A DNA stretch of 57,463 nt, filler included, from Sphacelaria rigidula (Eukaryota), in the NCBI GenBank assembly GCA_964200075.2. It is 6 parts of 6 records of this genome, joined end to end, with 100 filler letters (N's around TTAATTAATTAA, not from the genome) between each part and the next. Parts side by side here need not be neighbours in the genome. Positions count along the whole stretch, not along the records: positions 38,378 to 47,870 come from CAXNAA020008361.1; positions 47,971 to 57,463 come from CAXNAA020008362.1; 4 more parts are not named here. One strand, 5' to 3'. Shown here piece by piece: positions 46,960 to 57,463 of this stretch. The notes beneath the pieces are model-generated. The model had not been told where the DNA came from, made no database searches, and worked only from the letters and a program-made list of their open reading frames with translations. Position 1 is the stretch's first letter. Every line of letters begins with the position of its first letter. The position numbers and the translations under genes were made by a program.

Positions 46960-49088
46960 TTTTGGGAACGGCCTGTGTGTGGCCATTAGATTTCGATTCT
47001 GCCGGAGGACGTCGAGCCGGCTCGTCGTTTGTATTGTGAAGAGATTTCTTCAGGAGACTACGCGATTGAGCATGACCAATGCAGTGAAGATCGTTGTGAT
47101 TACTTAATTGAAAGCAAAACACCCAAGTCCCCATTCATGAACTCGAACGCCTAGCCAAAATAGCGTGGGGCATGAGGCCATTTGTCAAGGCTCTGAAAAT
47201 GACCGGCGTTACGTGTATTTCCCAAGTTTCCCATGTTCCTGAACCGTTTCAGAGATGGATGATCATGTTAGGTGTTCACTTTGTCGCCCCGTTCAAAGAT
47301 GGTCATGTCAGAGTTGTGCCTGGCCCACAGACGGTCATCTGAGATTTTCACTGTTGCTGCCCGGTTCAAGGATAAGCCCTGCAAGAGCTTGGCTTGCACA
47401 CGAGGGACATTACTCTTTTTCAATACAACGTAAATGCAGTTCATCGGGGGCCGCCGTCGTGAAGGGTCAGACGAGTGTAAATACACTCGGCGTGCCCCCT
47501 CAGGTGCCTTAGCGTTTGTGTCCATAGCTATGTCCCCATATGTCCGTTTTTTGCTGCAGCTCTAGGTACTCCCTCTGCGTTGACTGACGAACCAGTTCAT
47601 GGGAAAACAGCATTCGGTTAGTGTTTATTTTGGATCAATGACATCCTTCGATCGAGGGACGCATCCTGTTTCATAAATATGACCACGGATTCCGCAAATC
47701 ACTCTTCATCACTTTCTAACAAGATGGATGGGCGTTTAGGGCAGGGCTCTTACGGTTACATCACGTCGGGCCGGGTCTCGTCTCTCATCGTGCATCCCAT
47801 GCCCCCCCCCCCTCGATGAGCCCCCCTCACCTCGAGACTCTTGGGTTGGCGTCGAGTGGCAACGGCGCTGNNNNNNNNNNNNNNNNNNNNNNNNNNNNNN
47901 NNNNNNNNNNNNNNTTAATTAATTAANNNNNNNNNNNNNNNNNNNNNNNNNNNNNNNNNNNNNNNNNNNNTGTTTTCCCTGAAATTTTGACATAACGCGC
48001 TTGAGCTATTTTCAAAACCCCTCACCCCCCCCCCCCCCCCCTTGACTTTTTTTTTCAATGAGTTGTCGACAAATTTGTCCCGGGAAAAATGTTGCAAAAT
48101 TTGGATTACCAATAACTCACGCGAAAAAAAAAAAAAATGAAGGGATAACAGTAGGGGCTTTGCACATCCCCAATGTGCTCCGTCTCGAAAATGACTAAGG
48201 CAAGCAACAAATGAGTACGCTCCCGATGTTCATCATAGTAAACGTCCAAATTTGAGCAGCGCAACCGCGCTTTTCTGTTGAGAACCGGTTGACTTGCTTT
48301 TAGAGTACAATAGCCTCAGCCGGATCTCTGACGTTCTCTACAAGCTTTCTTCACCCACTACTCACCGGTTCGCACACCACTACCAGACGCCTTGGCGCGC
48401 TGGAGGTCACATCTACGTGCCATCTTCGACACTGCGCACGTACATACGACATGCATTGTTGTACAACCACAACGTTTGCAGCAGCACCACTTTGCGGCCG
48501 TGGCACAACCGGCAATTTTTATAACCGAAAATACGATTCCAGCCGTTTTTTTGCCCTAATTCCGCCGCACATGTCACCCTCAACTCTCTACACTTCGCAG
48601 TTGACTACAGTTTGGTATTTCGTTCGATGGAAACTTGTCGGATCGCAGTGCTATGTGGATTGAAAAACGCGCGCTGATTTGCAGATCACCACGATGTGTC
48701 ATGATAGTACGCACAACTAGCGACATGCCAGTTATAACGGACTGAAGGAAAGTCCGTTTCTTCGGCGGCCCAGCCTGTAAAACAGACGAATAGCGTGAGT
48801 AGAGTGGGGGAAAACAGAAGAAAAAAAATGGTCGGCCGTTGCAACGAGGCTTCAGATTGATTATGGTCTTCCGCGAAAGCACATGCGCTCGTGCACAACC
48901 AAACACAAAAATATGCCGTCGGAGCAGATCGCGGCTCAGCTGTTTCGGCCACACTCGGGTTTTTGGGGTACTCCGGATGTACATGGGGTAACGGTGACAT
49001 TTGCGAGGACAAAAGTTATGTATAATCAGCCATGGATACTTGGCGACGTTTTTTTTTTTTCGAGGGGGGGGGGGGGCACGCTTGAAAC

Positions 49089-50530
49089 CGGCCGGGTTAT
49101 ATCTGCTTGTACAGACAGATTCACAAAGCCTGCCTGTACGATAGAACCAGTTCCACAGCGCGATTGAGCAGACCCACCGGTCTAAGAACGAATGTACATT
49201 TGAAGTCACCCACGACCCTCGAGAGAGACGACGCACCATAATGTGCGCGCAGCGCACGGCACGACACGCACACGCACACGCACAGCACTACGAACCGCAC
49301 ACACACACAGACGAACCATCAACAGCAGTCCTTTAACCCATCGTCCACGCTCGGCAGGCAGGCGACCCACCTGCCTTTGTGTGTACAGATTGGTTGTTTT
49401 TGGTAGATACTCCCCAGACAGTCAGTACCGAACTGCCGCAAACACTGTTCGCAGCACATACTAAAACGCATACGATGAACTCTGTCGTATTGTATTGCGC
49501 GATGACTGCAGCGTTCATTGTTCTCGAAGCTCTGAACAAAACGAGCTCGAAGCCCTGAACAAAGCAAACCCAACCATCCACGCAGATGTAGGATAAAATC
49601 AGTTGCACTGCTCTTATTTTTGTACCAATTTACGAGGACAGAGTGTGCTAAACCATCTGTTTTTTGTGTGCGTACATTTTGTTTTTGGTGCATACATGCT
49701 CCTCAGATGTTTTCCATGCCTCAACACAGTTGCGGGTGTGTGTGGGGGGGTCTGGCTCGGTTCTCGGAAACACGACAGCGGGGAACAACAGTAGCTTGAG
49801 CGTCCGTTCCATGTTAACACCAACGTGACTCTTTTTGCGGACGGTAAAGCTTGTCATGGTCAGGGCTTTGAGGACGATACATCCTTCAGCCAGTACAATA
49901 TGATGAGGTATCGTTGTGTCTGAGGAGGATATATATATATATATATATATATATTCCAAGAACAATCAGTTTGTACACAAATGAGTAGGTCGTTTCGGTA
50001 CACTCTGGCCTCGTAATAAGGTGCAAAAAAAAGGGTAGTGCAACTTATTGTATCCTACATTTATTCCGACGGGTAAATTTGTTTTGTCCAGAGCTTCGAG
50101 AACAATGAACGCTGCAGTCATCGCGCAATACATTTCAACAGTGTTCACCGTGTGCGTTTTAGTCTGTATTGCGAACAATGTTTGCGGCAGTGCTGTACTG
50201 ACTGTCTGAGAAGTACCCACCAAAAACAACCAATCTGTACACACAAAAGCAGGTGGGTCGCCTGCCTGCCAAGCGTGGACGATGGGTTGAAGGGCTGCTG
50301 GTGATAGTTCGTCCCTGTGTGTGTGTGTGGTTCGTGGTGCTGTGCGTGTGCGTATCGTGCCGTGCGCGGCGCGCACATTATGGTGCGTCGCCTCTCTTGA
50401 GGGTGGTGGGTGATATCAAATCTGTGTTCGTTCTTAGACCGGCGGGTTTGCTCAATCGCGCTGTGGAACTGGTTTTATCGTGCAGGCAGGTTCTGTGAAT
50501 CTGCCTGCACAGGCAGATATACGCCGGCTG
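49089..50530. mobile_element. Non-autonomous long-TIR (Mutator/foldback-like) element, 1442 bp, 9-bp TSD
   Basis: Arms ~49089-49677 and ~49972-50530 are reverse complements; GCTTGAAAC flanks both sides (49080-49088, 50531-50539). Confidence 0.92.
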
Positions 50531-50708
50531 GCTTGAAACACGCATTTCTCTATACTTTGTACTAATGTATGAATTAGACATTATTCACACTATTTTATCA
50601 TGAACATGCTTGTTTTGCTATTATAATACGTATATCTATAAATAGGTATGGCTGGCTCATCAATGAAAATACGCACTCGGACGCTTTTTTTCTTCTTTTC
50701 TGAAACAG

Positions 50709-52255
50709 GGAACGCCGCTTCATGGACACGTGGCTGGGCAAGCTAAGGGCGGGTCTTGCCGCCGAGTACGGGTTTTATTATCGCCTGCCGGAAGCGGAGC
50801 AATGGCAGTGCATCGGCCAAGATCTGGATCTTAGTTGGAAGGACGTAGTGCGGCCCATCATGCAGTACTTCACGGAGCGTACGCCCGGGACCTACATCGA
50901 AAATAAGGAGTCCAGGTAAAACAAGAAGTATGTACATAAACATGAACATGAATATTCTATCAGACTCCCCCCTTCCACGCGCGCGCTTCCTTGACCAGGT
51001 TTGTACTGTGAAGGGATTGACCCATGTGTCCTCCAGTACATGCCTCGCAGTATACTATTGAGCATTGGATGATGATCATCAGCTATCTTCTCGAGCTCAT
51101 CGACGTTATTCGCTTTTTCTTCGATTCTAATTTGTTATATTTTCAAGATGCACGTGTGTGTGTTTTTTTGTTTTTTTTTCTCCCCTCGCGTAAATTGAGT
51201 TTCGATGCGTAAGTTTATTCATAAATACGGACAAACAAGGCAAGATGGAAAACAAAAATCGTGGACGAAGTAATTTTAGCGAAAAACGTGCTGGAATAGG
51301 GGATGTGAAGTTTGAGGTGACTAGGTCGGTAGAGTGAGCGCGGGCATGAAGCTTTTCGGGGTTTGATTTATGTCCGTTTTTCTGTGGAGTTTTTCTGGAG
51401 CACTGTGTTGGAACACCGCAGGTGTCTGTTCCGCGTGTTTAAAGTCGGGGGAAGATGGGAAAGCATGGGGTGAAATGGAATCCAGACAGCTGTTCGCTCT
51501 TTCGGTATCATGCTCCACGCTAACACGTTGTTGCTGTTTCACACGTCTGCTACTCGATTATTAGGATGGTGTTGTTGGTATTGCACTGTTTATTGGTGTT
51601 GTTGATGCTGCTTACGTTGCTGAGTAACTACAGTTACGGTTGTTATGTTCAATACATGGATGAGAATACTCTCACCAGCGAACACGTTTTTTTCTTCTTT
51701 TTCTCTTTCTTCTTCTCTCTCTCTCTCTCTCTCTCTCTCCCCCTCTCTTCGATTTTTGTCATCTAATGCAACTACTGTTTCCTTCCTGAGTCAGCTTAAC
51801 GTGGCACTACCGAGATGCGGACCCACACTTCGGTCTGTGGCAAGCCAAGGACATGCAGATCCAGATGGAGGACGTGCTGAGCAACCTTCCCCTCGAGATT
51901 TTGCAGGGCAACCGCATGGTGGAAGTCAGACATCAGGTGTGGTTTATCGCAAAACTAATCTGCGGTGTGCGTAGCAGTTGAAGCTCTTGGGATCGGAGTT
52001 TACACCGGGACATGCCAGCACAGCACTATAGCCTAATGTTTTCTCTGTGCGATAGTTTACACGACCGACGAGTGCGAATCCGAGTCCGATGAGTTACGAC
52101 TTGGGAGCTGATTTTCGAGTGCCTAGTTGGGGAGTGGAGTCATATTCGTCCTCGTGCTCCCGAGATGGTTTGCAGTACCCGAGTCAGAACCAGTCATAAC
52201 TCATCGAACGTGTAAAATAGCGGGGGAAGGTGTGGAAAGATCAGCGCGATACATT

Positions 52256-52319
<64 letters not shown>

Positions 52320-54778
52320 CCACACGTGTTTATTTTATTCACCCCCAACACATTGTGGCAAAGCAAAAGAGAGCACAAGTCATATAGTGGCACAATGTGA
52401 ACTATACAAGGAGGAACGAGGAACGGGACATGCTAGAGGGGGGAATGCGGGACGTAAACGAAGGTGACATGGAATCGTTTGATGTATTGGAAAGTAGGGA
52501 CAAAACGATGGATATACTAGGAGATATATGGTGGCCACAGACGGCGAAACAGGACGGGGATAAGATATGTAGTTTTTTTTGTGTAATGTATGAAGAAAAA
52601 GTCACGAGCGCCGGAATGTTGGAGGTGTTTCTATTAGGAGTAGGAACGGTGCTCCTTCTCGAAAGGGGTGCGTGGTGAATAGTTGAATGATTCCGGTAAG
52701 CAACAAATGAATACACCCTGCCCCCCCCCCCCTTAACACATATTGATTGCATTCGGTCATGTTTCGATTTATGGCAGTTTCGCTGTTCACTCGACTCACC
52801 GTTCTCATTTTTACTGCTTTCCCTACTCGGGAAAGGGAAAAGGAAAGTACGTGCTGTGTGCAGGCAGGTATATATCTTCATTGTTGACACTAACTCTCTC
52901 CATGTTTTTGGCGGTGGACAGTGGTATATGTTTGGAATCCTTCTCCTCGCACGTCGTGGTTCTTCCTCTCGCCGTTGCCTGTTAGAGGAGAACTTACTCC
53001 AACCCGGAGACGAGAGATTAATGTCTGAATATTGTTTTTGTTTAGTCCAACCTTTCAATGCTACGGTTGGGGTGCACTTTTTGCGCAAAATCTTGTCCGG
53101 TTCAGGGGCTTCTAACGATTTTAGATGCACAATAATATGGGTCAGGGCATCCCCGTTCGCAAATCCGTTCGGGATATCCCTAGCACATTGGACTAGTAAT
53201 CCTGGCGTACTCTCACATATTTCATTAATCGCGTTTTGGGTGAGGTAAAAGGCTCCCAACAATTCTGACCTGAGAAAATATTTGTGCACCCCTACCGTAG
53301 CATTCCTCAACCCTGATGTGAGACTCACTCTGTTGACCACCAGTGATGGTAGTCTGTTGTAATCGGCATCATTTTCACCCGGAAAAACGATCATCAGACC
53401 TAGATGACCCACCCCAGCTGTCAAAGGATTGATGCCGACCAAAATTTACGACCCAAGGCAGATGGAGAAGCTTCGGGCAAGGGAGACGCACATATTTCCA
53501 CTTGGCGAAGTGTGCACTGGCAGAGCTCAAACGGGTGCCTGCTTGACGGCGGCGCTGACTCGAAACAGAACGAACGCGTGTGCTGACCACGCGGGGTGAG
53601 CACCCCTGCAAGTGTCAGCCCTATGAAAGATCCGAATACGGTTATTTGAATTATAAATGAACAAGAAAAAAAAGCGTGTTTCAACCATGGACTTGGGGTG
53701 ACGGGTCGTGGAGTAAACTCTCGTTACATTTTTTGTTCTTAGCTTTCGTATTTGATTGTACCCCGTCTGTTTTTGTTCTTGTTTGTTTTTTTTCCCCACC
53801 AGGCGGCCAACAAGAGCATGGTAGCAGAGGCCGTGCTGAAGTTGTTGTCCACTCCTCAGTCCGTGCGTGAGCGCGGGGAGGTGGACTTCATTCTGTGCGT
53901 CGGGGATGACCGGAGCGATGAAGACATGTTCCAGACGGTCAAGCGGATCCGCGATCACGCCCGGGACTCGCCTACGCCCGTTTTCTCGCCCACTTCGGAT
54001 GACGAGGTGGGAATTGATGATAACAACCATGATAAAGGAGCATCTGAACAAGCGCAGACGGGGGCTGCGGTGGTGCTTTGCTGCTGCTGCTGTTGTTGTT
54101 GTTATCAAGGTCCACTAAGTGTACCACGTGCCGAAGGCTTACTTTACATAGGTTCACCTAGTCCAAAGACCCCTCCCGTCTTCCCATTCTTCCCCGTCTT
54201 CCCCGTCTTCCCCGCCCATCATAGGTTTCATAATTTTACGTCATAGAAACATTTTCCCGTTATGGAGGTCCACCTAGTATACCAGTGCGGTAATCATGTT
54301 CAAGGTATGACTCTACATTGTAGATATATGTGTTGTACAGTTATCACTCGAAGAAGAATGGTGCCCCTTACTGCACTAAGTACGTCTTGCCCCCTTCTCG
54401 CCATGTATAGATCCGCCTACGTCGCAAAAGCTGAATACGCCCCCGCTCCCCGCTCCTTGTATCTACTATAAGTCCTATAAGCGACGGCAGTATAATAGTT
54501 AGGGAGGTCCACCTGGCGTACTGAGTTTGCCCCTCCCCCCTTCTCAATGCTACATGTATACCCGAATGCCATCTCACTTTTACTTACGTCAGGAACTACA
54601 TTTCCCCGATGACTCCCAAGATCATCAAATGGGAGACATCGATGAGATGGGCATGTCCCACAATTCGTTGCCCATATCTCAGCAGCCGGCAGCAGGGATG
54701 GCCATGGTCGGACAGACGCGGAAAATGGCGAGAAATGCGGCAGTGTACACGGTGCACATCGGGCTCGAGCACAGTCAT
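50709..54778 (+). CDS. TPS: Trehalose-6-phosphate synthase/phosphatase, phosphatase-domain exons (50709-50915, 51795-51936, 53803-54006, 54593-54778); partial at both ends
   Basis: GLAAEYG, YFTERTPGTYIENKESSLTWHYRDADPHFG.WQAKD, G.R.VEVR, NK, DFILCVGDDRSDEDMF (HAD motif); phases consistent. Confidence 0.93.
52260..52314. repeat. (CT)n microsatellite in TPS intron
   Basis: Direct reading. Confidence 0.95.
52353..52732 (+). mobile_element. 3' fragment of LINE family A (Cys/His C-terminus, 3' UTR, poly(C))
   Basis: CGKAKESTSHIVAQCELYK overlaps the end of 19190-20783; ILGDIWWPQTAKQDGDK; ends CAACAAATGAATACACCCTG followed by C12. Confidence 0.8.
53057..53304 (+). mobile_element. MITE family C, full copy (248 bp)
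   Basis: TIR AATGCTACGGTTGGGGTGCAC / GTGCACCCCTACCGTAGCATT. Confidence 0.9.
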
Positions 54779-54785
54779 GTGAGGA

Positions 54786-54860
54786 TTGTTGCTGTTGCTG
54801 TTGCTGTTGTTGTTGTTGTTGTTGTTGTTGTTGCTGCTGCTGCTGCTGCTACTGCTGCTA
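54786..54860. repeat. (GTT/GCT)n microsatellite at the 5' end of a TPS intron
   Basis: Direct reading. Confidence 0.9.
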
Positions 54861-55644
54861 CATCTTTTTTATGGTCTTTGTTCGTGTTCGTGCTTCGATT
54901 CTTGTGTACTTGCTGAGGTGCCTGCTGAGGTTTTGTTTCATCCAAATGGCGGTACATGGTGAGTAGCGATGTCCACGAACTCGTGGGTGTCCCGATGGTC
55001 AAGTGAAACTGCTGGGTACATGCAGTGCTTGTTCGGGAGCCGAGGTGATCTGGAGCATATTGTCTTCCGTCATCACCTGTGTTGCAGTAGGCACAAAACG
55101 TCTTTTTTTTTTTCAGTTGCCGCAAGAAAATTTTATCGTTGGTCATGTTTCAGACGTTTTTCTCCATCAGAAATTTGTTCTTTGTGGTGTCAACCCTAGA
55201 TTACTGGTTGCCTAGTCAAGAATCGCGCTTGAAATTCCACGTAAAAAAAACCTTCAATTTTCCCTCACGGCCTGGCCACTGGTGATCTAAAGTCACAATA
55301 TTTCTCAGCCTTCACGCTGAAGAAAGTATTGCATGGCAGGTGTGCGGTGTGGTGCACTTTTTATCAGGATCCCGACTGCAAACTTTGCATCGGCATTTCG
55401 AAAAACCATCCCACAACGCTCAGACACAGAACACACCGCGTTGCACCTAGGCACCAACCGCTGACACACTCGCGCTACACCGCACTACCCATGAATACAA
55501 TCATGGAGGTACCAAATGGCCACCGGTGCCGCGCCCCCTTGGTCTAACGGTACAACTGTTATATATTTTTTTTCTTTCGCACTTTGAACCCCTCCCCTTA
55601 CTCGGGTCGAGTCCGTGGACTCTTAGAGATCATTATTGCTCTTC

Positions 55645-56231
55645 GAGAGAAATCAGGGGCTCCTAACGATTCTAGATGTTCGAAAATACGGGTCAGGGCA
55701 TCCCCGTTTGCAGGTTCATTCGGGATATCCCCAGCACATTGGAGTAGTAATCCTGGCGTACTTTCACATATTTTCGTCGGTCGTGTTTCGCATGAGATAC
55801 AGGGCTCCTAAAGATTCTAACCTCAGAAAATATTTGTGCACCCCTACCGTAGCATCACTCCGGACCACTACACCACCGGGGCGCGGGAAAACATTACGAC
55901 CGGAAAAAAACGTGGGTTTCGATTCCCCCTAGAGTCGTTTAGTTTTTCTTGTCTTCTCACTGAGTATCTGATTTTCCGTCGAGCAATAGTACGGCAGGGT
56001 TGCACTTTTTGCGCGAAATCTTTTCTGGTTCAGGGGCTCCCGAAGATTCTAGATGCACAAGAACAGGGGTCAGGTCACGTCGGTTGGCAAGTTCATTCGG
56101 GACATCCCTAGCACATTGGAATAGTAATCCTAGCGCACTCTCACATATTCCATTAGCCGTGTTTTGGATGAGACAAAGAGCTCCTAACAATTTTAACCTG
56201 AGAAACAGTTTGTGCACCCCTACCGGAGTAT
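55645..56231 (+). mobile_element. Two adjacent MITE family C copies (partial 55645-55856; full 55985-56231)
   Basis: Homology to 53057-53304. Confidence 0.85.
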
Positions 56232-57463
56232 CCCTTCCTCATTGAGAGCGTAAGGACGTACGTGAGGACGCACGTGCGTAGAAAAAATAACATGTTTGGC
56301 TGAGTTTGTAAGACGACAGCTGGCACGGCGTGGGAGTGCAGGTAGTCATGATCCAATCAGCGATTCCAAAATGTAAGGGGTGTACCAGGGGAGATATAGA
56401 TGGGCGGGTCCCATGAGACCACGGACTCGTCCCGAGGGAGAGGAGGAGCTAGAAGTGAGAACAAGAAAAGGGATCACCCTGTGGAAACACACGTGGTACC
56501 TGTAAAAATGTGGAGTGAAGTATGACACAAAACAGCTGTGGCAGTTTGAAAGGTCGCATGTGATTGGTTTGCAGAAAGTGTCGGTTTCACGTGTTGAGAT
56601 AAATGCGGCGGAAGGTGCTGTGGAATAACGTAAGGCAGAACTATTGCGGCAGTTTACAAGGTCGTATTCATGATTGGTCGACAGAAAGTGTCGGTTTCAT
56701 ATTTTGATAAATGCGTCGGGACTTCGACGAGGATATGGGTGCCTCGTCGAGGTCTGTCCTGAATAAATGAAGAGCTGGGTGGTGTGTTACCCACAGTCTC
56801 GCATCTCTGAGGTTAGGAAACTAACAAGAGGGCTCCCCAGAGAACAAGAAACCTCCCCCGATTTTCGCGGGTTCCACATACCGTAGTGTGTGCGCGAGGA
56901 ACAACGTGGAGCTTACCGTTGACACATGAGATTGTTGTGTTTGAAACGGCCATGTACGGCACAAAGTCCGTACTCGTGGTACTTTTATTGGAAATAAGTT
57001 ACTGTCTGTAGTGGTATGCGTATGGCTTGTGCGCGGCATAGACTACCGTCCATTGCATGCCCATGGTTAGAGTTGCAGAGTACCAGATGATCATCGCGTG
57101 CAACCAAACTATGTACTGCCGTGTGCCCCTGAGGAAGGTCGTGGTGGAGGCTATCCAATAAACACGTTTTTTTTTCGGGGGAGAAATATGACACCGGATT
57201 CGGACAGCTCTTGGTATTTGCCCGAGGGGTTTTATGAAGGTTTTGAGAAAAAAAATGGATCTGGAACGTAATTTTTGTTCACTTTTGTGTGCGATAACCA
57301 GCCAGCCTATTGATTTCGAAACAGAGTAACAAACGTTTCTTCTCGTTGTCACCCCAAGTTTTTGTTTTGTTTTGTCCAGAACAACGAAATTGCACAAGAT
57401 TTTGTGCATTTTGTTTTGCCCTTCAGTGACCCCCCCCCCCCATGATGGTGACGCACCCATGAG

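Noticed and set aside
46959..50709. Linkage of the plastid protein gene with TPS, or a naturally truncated TPS
   Set aside because: An artificial spacer separates them; the missing 5' exons lie outside the segment.
52402..53442. 346-aa minus-strand ORF
   Set aside because: Runs across a MITE and a LINE fragment inside a TPS intron; chance open frame.
56537..56715. ~108-bp diverged direct repeat
   Set aside because: Two copies only and no further structure; ordinary local duplication.

Overview
Repeat-rich eukaryotic nuclear DNA, most likely from a brown alga (Phaeophyceae, Ectocarpus-like). This is inferred from an EsV-1-7 repeat gene, a plastid-type bipartite presequence, GT-AG introns and TTAGGG tracts. 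The window is not one contiguous locus: five identical 100-nt spacers (N44-TTAATTAATTAA-N44) divide it into six near-equal segments (1-9495, 9596-19089, 19190-28683, 28784-38277, 38378-47870, 47971-57463), and features do not continue across them. Mobile-element content: decayed LTR retrotransposons (two chromodomain Gypsy 3' ends with LTRs, two Copia, one further Gypsy), two LINE families, several MITE/foldback families (including a 1.44-kb long-TIR element with a 9-bp TSD and two Stowaway-like TA-flanked elements) and minisatellites. Gene content: a 10-repeat EsV-1-7 ORF, a five-exon probable plastid protein of unknown function, the phosphatase-half exons of a trehalose-6-phosphate synthase/phosphatase, and a hypothetical multi-exon gene. 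The best candidate for something undescribed is an unidentified intron-containing coding repeat present in two segments. Its intron starts with a tRNA-like T-arm/B-box, and in both copies a different chromovirus LTR ends just upstream in the same orientation. With only two loci, this is a hypothesis.
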